Of a stretch of 64,000 nucleotides of DNA, positions 27,595 through 37,091 are shown piece by piece. The notes under the pieces are model-generated. The model was not told the DNA's origin, did not search any database, and was given only the letters and a program-made list of their open reading frames with translations. Both the position numbers and the translations under genes were made by a program. The DNA comes from Actinomycetota bacterium (GTDB lineage: Bacteria; Actinomycetota; Actinomycetes; Nanopelagicales; Nanopelagicaceae), in contig JAQBVO010000006.1 of assembly GCA_027728065.1 (NCBI GenBank), positions 5,815 through 69,814 of the forward strand, given 5' to 3'. Each line of letters begins with the position of its first letter. Position 1 is the first letter of the stretch.

Positions 27595-28050
27595 ATGAGT
27601 TTCCGGAGCCATACAGGGCTAGCCCTGACAATAAGCCTGCTCATGCTCTCTACTCCTGTGGCTACTGCCGATGTTAAGCCAACGCCTTCACCAACAAGTA
27701 AATCAAGTTTTGCAAATTTACGAGAGCAGTATGAAATTGCAATACAAGATTTCCGCTTGCAGGTCAAGCTACGTGAGCAAGAGCGAAGGCAGATTAGACA
27801 AATATTTATACTTGCAGTTATGGGGGCTAACAAAACTGCAAAGATGGCGTTGCGTATGTCAACAACTCCCGAGGCTAAGACTGTGATTATCGCTACACAG
27901 AAAAAGGCGGTGGCCCTTGCAGTCACCGTTCGCGATAGCGCAATTCAGGAGATGGGGCCAGAGCCAATCAAACCAATCAAACCCATCAAGCCTGAAGCAT
28001 TAAAAGCGAAGGTGAAAACTAAATCTAGCAAACCAAGCCCATCTCCATAA
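27595..28050 (+). CDS. Hypothetical secreted coiled-coil protein with Pro/Lys-rich tail
   Basis: Signal peptide ending VATA-D from ATG 27595 (ORF track begins at 27514); helical core; PIKPIKPIKP tail. Confidence 0.6.
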   Translation: MSFRSHTGLALTISLLMLSTPVATADVKPTPSPTSKSSFANLREQYEIAIQDFRLQVKLREQERRQIRQIFILAVMGANKTAKMALRMSTTPEAKTVIIATQKKAVALAVTVRDSAIQEMGPEPIKPIKPIKPEALKAKVKTKSSKPSPSP

Positions 28051-28134
28051 ATAGTTATAAAAGCGCAACATTTGGGGCGCAGTTTCAGTTTTCTTACATT
28101 GATTTAGCCTCGGCTTCCAATTAAGTTCAGCGCT

Positions 28135-29663
28135 ATGGAATTAACTCCCTGGTGGAAAGAGGCGGTGATCTATCAGATCTATCCTCGCTCTTTCTTTGAT
28201 AGCAATGGAGATGGTGAGGGCGATCTACCTGGAATAACATCCCGCCTTGATTACATTCACAAACTTGGGGTCGATGCGATATGGCTGAGTCCGTTTTACA
28301 CATCTCCCAATAAAGATGGTGGCTACGATGTTGCAAATCCCCGTGACGTAGATCCACGCTTTGGAACTCTATCTGATGCAAAAAACCTTATCGTCCGTGC
28401 TCATGATTTAAATCTGCGCGTGGATCTTCAGAGCGCGCGCGCTTTCATTTCTACGACGCTAAGCCAGATGGCACGCCACCTAATAACTGGATCTCACTCT
28501 TTGGCGGCTCCGCCTGGACTCAAGTTAAAGATGGTCAGTTCTATCTGCATTTATTTGACTCCTCTCAACCAGATCTGAACTGGGAGAATCCAGATGTAGA
28601 TGATGACTTTGAAAAAACTCTCCGTTTTTGGCTAGAGCTTGGGGTCGATGGTTTTCGAATCGATGTTGCCCATGGACCTGTAAAAGAAGATATCCATAAG
28701 GACCATCCAGATCCGTTGGGTTTGAGCAACGCGCTGCGCCTCGATGTTGAAATGGATGCGTCGCAACGCAACGCCCTTCTGATGAGCGTTCCATACTTTG
28801 ATCGTCAAGGCGTCCATGAGATTTACCGAAAGTGGAGAAAGCTCTTTAATTCCTATGGTGATGTGATGGCAGTTGCCGAGGCATGGGTTCATCCTCCAGA
28901 AAATGCCGTGCGCTATGTGCGCCCAGATGAGCTCAATCAAGTCTTTAACTTTGAATTACTCACCGCGCCCTTTGAGAGTGCATCTCTCTTTGATGTTATC
29001 AATCGCTCTCTAGAGCTCTATGCCACTGTTGGTGGGCTACCCACATGGGCGCTGAGCAATCATGACTGCCCGCGTGTTGCATCTCGCCTCGGTGAGTGGG
29101 AGTCGCGCGCATTGGCCATCTTCGTCTTTGCACTGCCAGGAGCGACATACATCTTTGCAGGACAAGAGTTAGGACTACCCGATGGCGAACTAGCCGACGC
29201 TGATCGTCAAGACCCATCTTTTGTTCGTTCTCACGGTGTAATAAAGGGCCGAGATGGTGCACGCGTACCACTTCCATGGAACGGCCAAGAAACTCCATTT
29301 GGTTTTTCAACTGGAAAACCTTGGTTACCCATTAATCAGCAGTGGGAAGGCTTTACTATAGAGAATGAAAATAAAGATCCAAAGAGCGTTCTTAATCTCT
29401 ACCGCCGAGCTCTAACTCTGCGAGCAGAGTATCTATCGGGTGCGGGTGATATTACGTGGCTAGAATCACCATCACATGGTGGAAGGCGAGATGGGCTCAT
29501 GGTCTTTAAGCGCGGAGAGATTACTGTGGCTATGAATCTCTCCCGTCAAGTACAAGAGCTCAACCTTGCGGGCCGTGCAATTCTGCTCAGCGGGGGTATT
29601 TTAGAGGGTAAAGATGGCAGGAAATTGCTACCGCCGCTTTCATGTCTCTGGTTGCTGAACTAA
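28135..29663 (+). pseudogene. GH13 alpha-glucosidase disrupted by an internal deletion/frameshift at about 28422
   Basis: Frame 1: [15 protein letters not shown]...AHDLNLRV. Second frame from 28422: [55 protein letters not shown]. Conserved region I (DxVxNH) is missing. Confidence 0.85.
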
Positions 29664-29679
29664 CTGGCACAATACCGCC

Positions 29680-30588
29680 ATGGTATCTATAAGCACATGG
29701 CTTCTGACTCTTGGAATCCTTTCGGCAATAATTCTAGTTGATCTAATTATTGCAGTCCTGCGGCGCCATCAAGAGACTTCAATGAAGGAAGCGGCGATAT
29801 GGACCGTGATCTATGTATCTACGGCGATTATTTTCGGTTACTTCATGTCCAACTGGACGAGTAATCCTGATGCACAGAAAGAGTTCTTTGCCGGTTGGCT
29901 CACTGAATATGCCCTATCGGTAGATAACATCTTTGTTTTTATCATCATTCTTACGCACTTAAAGGTACAAAAAGAGAGACAGCAACTGGTTCTACTCCTA
30001 GGAATCATACTTACTCTCGCAATTCGTGGACTTCTAATTCCATTGGGTGCTGCTCTTGTTGCGCGCTTTGCGAGCATCTTCTTCCTCTTTGGTGCTTTTC
30101 TTATCTATACAGCTTATAAATTGGCAAAGGAAAACGAAGAGGATGAATGGAAAGAGGGTCGGATTGTTTCAATTTTAAAGTCTAAAGGTTTGAGTACTTT
30201 TACAATTGCATTAGTGGCTTTGGGGCTTACTAATCTTGTTTTTTCACTTGACTCAATTCCAGCGATCTTCGGTTTAACCAAAGATCCATACATCGTGACT
30301 ACCGCTAATATTTTTGCCCTCATGGGGCTACGACAGTTGTACTTCTTGTTAGAAGGTTTACTAGCCCGCCTTGTCTTTTTATCTAAGGGGCTCTCATTTA
30401 TCTTAGGATTTATCGGCGTTAAGATGATTATAGAGGCATTTCACGGAATTGGAATTGACGAGATTGCAAATGTACACATACCAGAGGTCAGTCTTGAAGT
30501 AAGTCTTGGAGTAATTGTTGCAACTTTATTAATTACAACAGTAGCGAGTCTGGCAGCAACTCGTCGCGACGGAACTGAGATTATTTAA
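29680..30588 (+). CDS. TerC/Alx family membrane protein
   Basis: FFAGWLTEYALSVDNIFVF, LVFSLDSIPAIF, TANIFALMGLRQLYF. Confidence 0.92.
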   Translation: MVSISTWLLTLGILSAIILVDLIIAVLRRHQETSMKEAAIWTVIYVSTAIIFGYFMSNWTSNPDAQKEFFAGWLTEYALSVDNIFVFIIILTHLKVQKERQQLVLLLGIILTLAIRGLLIPLGAALVARFASIFFLFGAFLIYTAYKLAKENEEDEWKEGRIVSILKSKGLSTFTIALVALGLTNLVFSLDSIPAIFGLTKDPYIVTTANIFALMGLRQLYFLLEGLLARLVFLSKGLSFILGFIGVKMIIEAFHGIGIDEIANVHIPEVSLEVSLGVIVATLLITTVASLAATRRDGTEII

Positions 30589-30926
30589 CCTGCGCTTTTT
30601 CGTGTTCGTAACGTATCACGATTATGGGCTTTAGTACGTTCGTGAATCTTACGTATCTGCAGCATAAAAGATTTGATAGCGCTGTCAAAGGCGGCAACAT
30701 CATTAAAAGAAGCAGCCTCTGATTTAATTAATGGTCCACTGCCATGTGAGGTCAAAATTACTCGATGTGAGTTTTTACCTTGACGCGGGTTGGCTTCATG
30801 AAGAATCTCTACCTCAACTCGATCAATTGTCACACTAAAGCGCTCCATAGAGTTAAGTTTTTCCTCAACGATTGCTCTGAAATCTTCGGCTAAATCTGCA
30901 TTGCGGGCATGAATATGAATCTTCAT
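30585..30926 (-). CDS. HPF/RaiA family ribosome-associated protein (short form)
   Basis: MKIHIHARN..EEKL..IDRVEVEI..AAFDSAIKSFMLQIRK pattern of the S30AE domain; 113 aa. Confidence 0.75.
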   Translation of the reverse strand: MKIHIHARNADLAEDFRAIVEEKLNSMERFSVTIDRVEVEILHEANPRQGKNSHRVILTSHGSGPLIKSEAASFNDVAAFDSAIKSFMLQIRKIHERTKAHNRDTLRTRKSAG

Positions 30927-30927
30927 G

Positions 30928-31329
30928 CTAGAAGGGTAGTACGAAAACGATACCTGTCGCTAGAGCTGCTAACAGCAGTGATTTACATAGAATCTTTAGC
31001 GCCATCGCACGATCCACCGCTCTATCACTCGGATTACTGACCCGCGAAATATCACCGAGTTTTCCGAGATTAAAAGTCCCGGCAAAGCCATAAGCTAAAC
31101 AAAACTTACTGCGGGATTGAACATAACCTATTGAAGCGATCATCAAGGGTAGAAAGATTCCTAAGCGTGCGCTTTGTGGGGCCTGTACTAAGATAAGAGC
31201 TACTAAAGAGATGATCGAAAAAAATAATCCAACTAAACCAACCGCCTGCCGTCTGCGTACTTCACTCTTACCAAGATTACAACTGCCGGGAATATAAACG
31301 GCATCAAGCATCTTCATACTCGTCTTCAT
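30928..31329 (-). CDS. Hypothetical membrane protein
   Basis: GSCNLGKSEVRRR start, three TM segments, QSRSKFCLAYG; exact start uncertain (31317 or 31311 possible). Confidence 0.7.
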   Translation of the reverse strand: MKTSMKMLDAVYIPGSCNLGKSEVRRRQAVGLVGLFFSIISLVALILVQAPQSARLGIFLPLMIASIGYVQSRSKFCLAYGFAGTFNLGKLGDISRVSNPSDRAVDRAMALKILCKSLLLAALATGIVFVLPF

Positions 31330-31453
31330 CTACCCATGCATCGGTAGCTGTCTCCTCTTGATGTTCGACCCATGAAAGAAAAGAGCCGACGGCGCGAAAC
31401 GCTAAGAGCGCAACGGTGATTGCGGCAAATATACGTCGAATTACTTTGGCCAT
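31304..31453 (-). CDS. Small (49 aa) single-TM protein with an acidic tail, not in the ORF track
   Basis: MAKVIRRIFAAITVALLAFRAVGSFLSWVEHQEETATDAWVDEDEYEDA*; TATTTT -10 box 6 nt before ATG; fills the gap between two minus-strand genes. Confidence 0.6.
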   Translation of the reverse strand: MAKVIRRIFAAITVALLAFRAVGSFLSWVEHQEETATDAWVDEDEYEDA

Positions 31454-31487
31454 ATGCTAAAAATACTCGCTATTTCTTAAAATTTCT

Positions 31488-32543
31488 CTATATAGATGCT
31501 AGGGCAGCTGTGATGTCAGCCCAAATATCATCGATATGTTCACAGCCGACCGATAGTCGAATCAGCTGTTCGGGTACTGAGGCGCTCTCGATTGGCCAGC
31601 GGCGACGGCGCTCCCATAGCGATTCGACACCCCCCAGACTTGTTGCATGTGCAATTAACGTCGAAGACTCGCATACGCGTTCTGTCTGCTCGGGTGTGCC
31701 ATCAACCTCAAAGGAGAGTATGGCCCCAAAGCCGGGATAGCGCACGCGCGTGATCTTTGGATGGGCGGTGAGTTTTTCAACGAGAATCTTTGCACTCTCT
31801 TGTGCTTTGTTAAAACGAAGTGGAAAGGTGCGAACTCCCCGAAGTGCCAACCAGGCCTCAAATGGACCAGGGATAGAGCCGTTAAAGCTACGGGCATCGC
31901 TAAGACGCTTAAGCAGAGCTGGATCATTTGTAGATAGTGAGCCCATAAGTACATCGCTATGGCCCGATAAAAACTTTGTCACCGAGTGCATCACAATATC
32001 GGCACCCATCGCCAGTGGATTTTGTACAAGAGGTGTAGCAAAGGTGTTATCAACCCCTACACCGATTCCCATTTTTTTGGCCTCAGCTATGAGAGTGGCA
32101 AGATCTGCAACATCTAAACATGGATTTGTTGGCGACTCGAGCCAGAGAAATGCCGCCCCCTTCATGGTATCAATGACTGCTTGCGTATCGACAAGATCAA
32201 CAAAGCGAACTTCTAATCGGCCACTGCCATGAAATGATTTAAGTAGCGTCATCACCCCGCTGTAACCCTGATTAGATGCAACAACTGGTGCGCCAAGCGG
32301 CAGAGTTGAGAAGACTGCAGTAATTGCCGCCATACCCGATGAAAATACCAAAGTCGATCCACCCTCTAGAGCAGCGATAGCATCCTCTAGCGCGCTCCAC
32401 GTTTGGTTTCCGTAACGTCCGTAACCAATGGGACCGCCAGAGTGAAATGTTGATGTTAAAACTACGGGTGGGTTAAGTGATGCATCGGGTGCAACTTCGG
32501 GACGGCCTGCGGTGATCGCCGTTGTCTCTGGGTGTTGGTCCAT
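31488..32543 (-). CDS. metB: PLP-dependent transsulfuration enzyme (cystathionine gamma-synthase-like)
   Basis: YGRYGN, FSSGMAA, WLESPTNP, VDNTFATP, HSVTKFLSGHSD (PLP lysine), SLGGVESL, IRLSVGCE. Confidence 0.8.
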   Translation of the reverse strand: MDQHPETTAITAGRPEVAPDASLNPPVVLTSTFHSGGPIGYGRYGNQTWSALEDAIAALEGGSTLVFSSGMAAITAVFSTLPLGAPVVASNQGYSGVMTLLKSFHGSGRLEVRFVDLVDTQAVIDTMKGAAFLWLESPTNPCLDVADLATLIAEAKKMGIGVGVDNTFATPLVQNPLAMGADIVMHSVTKFLSGHSDVLMGSLSTNDPALLKRLSDARSFNGSIPGPFEAWLALRGVRTFPLRFNKAQESAKILVEKLTAHPKITRVRYPGFGAILSFEVDGTPEQTERVCESSTLIAHATSLGGVESLWERRRRWPIESASVPEQLIRLSVGCEHIDDIWADITAALASI

Positions 32544-32552
32544 GCGATAAGC

Positions 32553-34070
32553 CTAAGCCTTGGCTAGCAATGCCATCGCCGCATTATGACCGGCAACTCC
32601 GCTTACGCCGCCGCCACGGATAGCACCTGCACCACAGATCAAGATGCGAGGATCATCGCTTTCAACTCCCCAGCTTACGTCGGTGCCATCCTCGCGGAAT
32701 GGAAATTGCAGATCTCGGTGGAAGATATTCCCGCGGGGTAGTCCAATCTCATCCTCTATATCAAGGGGTGTTTTAACCTCTATCCCTGCGATGAGATTTT
32801 CAATAGGTTCGGCTAGATATTGATTGAGTGAGGCAAGGGCTGATTTCAAAGCCGCCTGGCGTGCTCCATCGTTATCGCGATCAAAGAGAGTTGCGGGAGT
32901 ATGTAAACCAAAGAGCGTCAACGTGTGATACCCCAACTCTACAAGTTCAGGGCTAAGAATCGATGGATCGGTCAACGTATGGCAGTACATCTCAACTGGT
33001 AAGCGCTCTGGCATCTGGCCATTCGCTGCATCGCTAAAAACACTTTCAAACTGCGAGAATTTCTCATTGGCATGGAATGTTCCAATAAATGCCAATCTCG
33101 GATCGATGCCAGATTTAAGTTGTGGCAGGCGCTTTAATAAAATATTTATCTTCATCTGCGAACCATCAAGGCTCTTGGGTTTATTGGTGCCCCGTAGTGC
33201 TGCAAGGGTCGCGGGGGCAGCATTTGATAATAGATACGGTGCGCGAATCTGGTCTTTATTAGCCGTTGTTACGCTCACCCCATCGCCATCACTAGCAACT
33301 TTAGTGACACGCTGGTTAAGTTCGATCTCTACCCCAGCATCGCGCACCACCCGCTCTAATTCACTAACAAGAGCGCCCATTCCCCCACGTGGAACTTTCC
33401 ACTCGCCAGTGCCATTGCCCATCAAATGATATAGAAAACAGATATTGGCCTGGATGTGAAAAGCTGAAGAAAATGTACCAATAAGTGCATCTGTTAAGAC
33501 GACCCCACGGACAAGATCATCTTTAAAGCGGCTGGTGATAATCTCACCGATTGGTTTTTCAATCATGTAATCCCATACCGTCGGCATGTTAATTAAATCC
33601 TTTAACTCGCTACGGGTCATCAAAGGTTGCAGTAAAGTTGGAGCGATACGCTGTGCAAACTCTGCGATTTCGCCATAAAAACTGCGCCAAGCAGCGGCTT
33701 CATCCCCCGTTGGATCTAAAAGATCAAATGAGGCTGCAGTTGCTAAATCCCATTGACGGGAAACTAACAGCCCCTCATCTCTACCCTGGCGCTCATATGG
33801 TGTGTAACTAGAGATAGTGCGCGAGATAGATGTGAAGTTCAGAGCTAAATCTTCAATAATTGAATCTGGTAAGAGAGAGACTAGATATGCATAGCGTGAT
33901 ATTCGAGCATCAAAGCCCTTAAAGGCGCGAACACTTGTGCTTGCTCCCCCAATTTCACCATTGGCCTCAAGGATTCGCACTTTCTTACCTGCACGGGCGA
34001 GATAGGCCGCTGCAACTAAACCATTATGGCCGGCGCCAATAATGATTACATCACAGTCAAAATTCTTCAT
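32553..34070 (-). CDS. Phytoene-dehydrogenase-superfamily NAD(P)/FAD-dependent oxidoreductase
   Basis: IGAGHNGLVAAAYL, IGGA, YAYLVSL, PRGGMG, GNIFH, GGGVSGVAGHNAA. Confidence 0.85.
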   Translation of the reverse strand: MKNFDCDVIIIGAGHNGLVAAAYLARAGKKVRILEANGEIGGASTSVRAFKGFDARISRYAYLVSLLPDSIIEDLALNFTSISRTISSYTPYERQGRDEGLLVSRQWDLATAASFDLLDPTGDEAAAWRSFYGEIAEFAQRIAPTLLQPLMTRSELKDLINMPTVWDYMIEKPIGEIITSRFKDDLVRGVVLTDALIGTFSSAFHIQANICFLYHLMGNGTGEWKVPRGGMGALVSELERVVRDAGVEIELNQRVTKVASDGDGVSVTTANKDQIRAPYLLSNAAPATLAALRGTNKPKSLDGSQMKINILLKRLPQLKSGIDPRLAFIGTFHANEKFSQFESVFSDAANGQMPERLPVEMYCHTLTDPSILSPELVELGYHTLTLFGLHTPATLFDRDNDGARQAALKSALASLNQYLAEPIENLIAGIEVKTPLDIEDEIGLPRGNIFHRDLQFPFREDGTDVSWGVESDDPRILICGAGAIRGGGVSGVAGHNAAMALLAKA

Positions 34071-35239
34071 TCCAAAGTGCGTACGGTGCGCGCGATAGCT
34101 TCAGTAATAATCTCTGGGCTCGTTGCAAAGTTAAATCTCACATACTGTGAGCATTGGGAGCCATAGGTGTGGCCGGGATTAAAGGCGACTCGGCCTTTTT
34201 CCAGAAGTGTGGCCGATGGATTCTCACCCAAGTTAAGGCTAGTTAAATCCAACCAGCCTAAATAACTGTTCTGGGGAATATGGTAAGTAACTGTCGGCAG
34301 ATGTTCGCGCAGTAAATCACGGATTAAAAAGCGATTGTAATCAAGTTGTTTCAAGACCGTATCTAGCCATACCTCACCATCGGCAAAAGCCGCCGCCGAT
34401 GCGAAAGCGCCTAAAATCGATGCCCGAAAGTGAACGGCTATGGGAAGTTCTTTTAGTTTTTCATTCATTACATCGTTTTGCGTAACGATAATTGCACACT
34501 TTAATCCAGCAATATTCCATCCCTTTGAGGCAGCGGTTAAAGTAATTCCCACCTCTCTAGATGCATCACTAATAGATAGAAACGGGGTGAAATCCTTTGA
34601 GTTATAGGTAAGTGGTGCATGAATTTCATCGCTGAGAACTAGAACGCCGTATTTCTTGGCCATTTCGGCGATCCGAGTGAGCTCACCTTTTGAAAAAACT
34701 CTACCCAGTGGATTATGTGGAGAACAGAGCAAATGTACTCTTAAGCCAGTGGCGTAAATCTTTTCTAGAGCATCTAGATCTAACTGCCATGGATTTAAAT
34801 CATCGCTCTCTTGTCCTGTTCGGGTGAAGGCAAGATCAATCTTTGTAAGGTGTGTCTCATTAATCCAGTTATAGAAATTTTGATATACAGGTGAGTTAAT
34901 TAAGATCGTATCGCCTGGTTTAGTAAAGACACGCAATACCTCTACAACGGCGACTCCAACATCTGCAGCTACTCCTAATTGGGCCGTATCAACGCTCCAG
35001 CCCCAACGCGCGGCTGCAAATTTTGCATATCCAGCGGCAAGCTCTGGTACCGAACCTAAGTAGCCTAAATCTGACTTGGCGACCATCTCTGCCAGAACTG
35101 CGCGGATGGGATCAGCGATTGGAAAATCCATCTCTGCAACAGGCAGCGGCAGTACATCACGATCAAAACGCCGCCATTTTTCTGAGTGATGTGTGAGTAG
35201 TTGCGCCAGAGGGGGCGCTTGTACGTTGCTATCAGCCAT
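34067..35239 (-). CDS. MalY/PatB family cystathionine beta-lyase
   Basis: LPLPVAEMDF, LCSPHNPLG, SDEIHA, ASKGWNIAGL, YLGWLD, RFNFA. Confidence 0.9.
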   Translation of the reverse strand: MADSNVQAPPLAQLLTHHSEKWRRFDRDVLPLPVAEMDFPIADPIRAVLAEMVAKSDLGYLGSVPELAAGYAKFAAARWGWSVDTAQLGVAADVGVAVVEVLRVFTKPGDTILINSPVYQNFYNWINETHLTKIDLAFTRTGQESDDLNPWQLDLDALEKIYATGLRVHLLCSPHNPLGRVFSKGELTRIAEMAKKYGVLVLSDEIHAPLTYNSKDFTPFLSISDASREVGITLTAASKGWNIAGLKCAIIVTQNDVMNEKLKELPIAVHFRASILGAFASAAAFADGEVWLDTVLKQLDYNRFLIRDLLREHLPTVTYHIPQNSYLGWLDLTSLNLGENPSATLLEKGRVAFNPGHTYGSQCSQYVRFNFATSPEIITEAIARTVRTLE

Positions 35240-35506
35240 CGGAGAAGGCTACCACCACTATCTCATTGGCTCACTTCCACATATGGTTATGGAGGCAAGA
35301 ATATAACCGGCAGAATAGAGATTTGGAATTATGTCGCTATTGCTCTGGAGCACGCGCACTTAAACGTGAACTTTAATTCCTGAAAGAATAATGAATATTT
35401 CTATATAGCTTTCAAATAATAATAGAAGCGCTCGAAAGAGTGCCGATCGAATACAGCGTCAGAGAGATCGTGCAAATCCGCAGATTGAATCAGTGCCTTT
35501 TCCTAT

Positions 35507-36346
35507 TTACTTACCAACCGATAAAGTGCGTCGTGCATTTTTTGCAATAGCTTCATCAATCATTTGACCCTTAGAATCCAGGGTTACGCCCCCACCAGAT
35601 GCGCTAAGTCGGTCGAGAATATCCTGGGCAGAGGCTAACTCTTGTGCACTTGGCGTAAAAATCTCATTAGCGACTTCAACTTGCGCTGGATGAATACAGG
35701 CTCGACCGAAATAACCCCACTCTTTGAAATCTTGGGAGTTCTTGCGATAAGCATCCAGATCTTTGAAATTAATCGAGACGGCGGCTACAGGAGGATTTAT
35801 ACCCGCAGCTGCACTTGCTATTACAACCATGCTGCGAGCGAACTGTGTTGTCGCCTCCCCTGAAGTGCCTGAGGTACCTAAATCTGCACACAAATCAGCT
35901 TCTCCTAACTGTAAGCGCTTAACCCGTGGACCAGTGGCAATCGATGGAGCATTTAAAACACCAGTTGCCGATTCAATTAGCGGGAAAACTTCTAGTGCTT
36001 TTAAAATATTACGTCTTTTTTCCAATTCTGTAAGAAGTGAATCTAAATATTGAATTTGCGACAATATTGCGGCTTTTGCTAAAACTATTCCTTTACAATT
36101 GATATTAACTGCTGCTTCTAAATCAGCCTCTAGGGCTCCTTTTTCAGGATTAACACGAACCCAAACCTCAATATCTCTATTTATTCCAACCATGAAACTC
36201 TTAAGATTTTCGCGCGCTAAGTCTTTATCTGTGAGAGATACTCCATCTTCAAGATCAATAATTAGAGCATCTGCCCCCCGGCTCACAGCTTTATTCAACC
36301 GGTCAAGGTCATTAGCTGGAACATATAAATAACTACGTGCGCTCAT
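35507..36346 (-). CDS. CitE-like HpcH/HpaI aldolase/citrate lyase family protein
   Basis: RSYLYVPA, ADALIIDLEDGV, VRVN, PLIESA, GEADL, CIHPAQV, MIDEA. Confidence 0.9.
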   Translation of the reverse strand: MSARSYLYVPANDLDRLNKAVSRGADALIIDLEDGVSLTDKDLARENLKSFMVGINRDIEVWVRVNPEKGALEADLEAAVNINCKGIVLAKAAILSQIQYLDSLLTELEKRRNILKALEVFPLIESATGVLNAPSIATGPRVKRLQLGEADLCADLGTSGTSGEATTQFARSMVVIASAAAGINPPVAAVSINFKDLDAYRKNSQDFKEWGYFGRACIHPAQVEVANEIFTPSAQELASAQDILDRLSASGGGVTLDSKGQMIDEAIAKNARRTLSVGK

Positions 36347-36491
36347 TATCTGATTTGCATCTTTGCGCTAAGAAGTGACTTAGTAATAACCATTTTCATA
36401 ATGTCATTGTAGTTCAGGTCCCCAGACGAGTTCGGCACCAGCTTTCTCTGCGCGGTGAATCTGCCCGACTTGGTGGGATAGAATTGCACCC

Positions 36492-37088
36492 ATGAGCCAA
36501 CAGATAGAGACCCAGATCGATGTAACCCTGACCGAGCGCAACCGCTTGAGCGCCCTTTTTCGCCTCATCCTTATAGCGCCGATGCTGATCTATATCTCTG
36601 CCTTTTCACCCATCGATCTGATGCAATCTGAGGGCACTTCGGTGGTCATCGGCTTTATCGCCCTGCCAGTTGTGCTCTGCCTTGTTGTGCGCCAGATCTA
36701 TCCAAGTTATCTCTTAGCCTTTAACGAGGCCTTCTTATCCCTTATCACACGTGCCGATGCATATCTCTTACTACTAAGCGATGAGTATCCATCGATTGAA
36801 GAGAACGAGATTGTCAGCGTTACCCTCCCGCCGGTCGATGCTAAGGAGCTCAACCGCTGGCTGCCACTGATTAAATGGCTCTTAGCTCTACCCTTATATG
36901 TGGTTGGTATTTTCTATGCAATCTATGCCTTCCTCTTAACTCTTATCGCATGGCTTAGCATTATCTTCACCGGTACATATCCTGAAAAATGTGCTGAGGG
37001 TGTAGTCAGAACAATTGCTTACTGGAACCGAGTCCTGGGATATGCAGTCATTCTCGTTACCGACGAATACCCATCATTCTCACTCTAA
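36492..37088 (+). CDS. DUF4389-like membrane protein
   Basis: Two repeats of RNR/LNRW..R/K.ILxxP and ..RxxAY..LxxDEYP(S)F; TAGAAT -10 box 7 nt before ATG. Confidence 0.8.
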   Translation: MSQQIETQIDVTLTERNRLSALFRLILIAPMLIYISAFSPIDLMQSEGTSVVIGFIALPVVLCLVVRQIYPSYLLAFNEAFLSLITRADAYLLLLSDEYPSIEENEIVSVTLPPVDAKELNRWLPLIKWLLALPLYVVGIFYAIYAFLLTLIAWLSIIFTGTYPEKCAEGVVRTIAYWNRVLGYAVILVTDEYPSFSL

Positions 37089-37091
37089 GGC

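Noticed and set aside
27964-27993. CCAATCAAA-type repeat encoding PIKPIKPIKP
   Set aside because: Short low-complexity linker with three imperfect units; no sign of a phase-variable or structural array
29664-29679. Expected yybP-ykoY (Mn) riboswitch before the TerC/Alx gene
   Set aside because: Only 16 nt of intergenic space; no such structure visible
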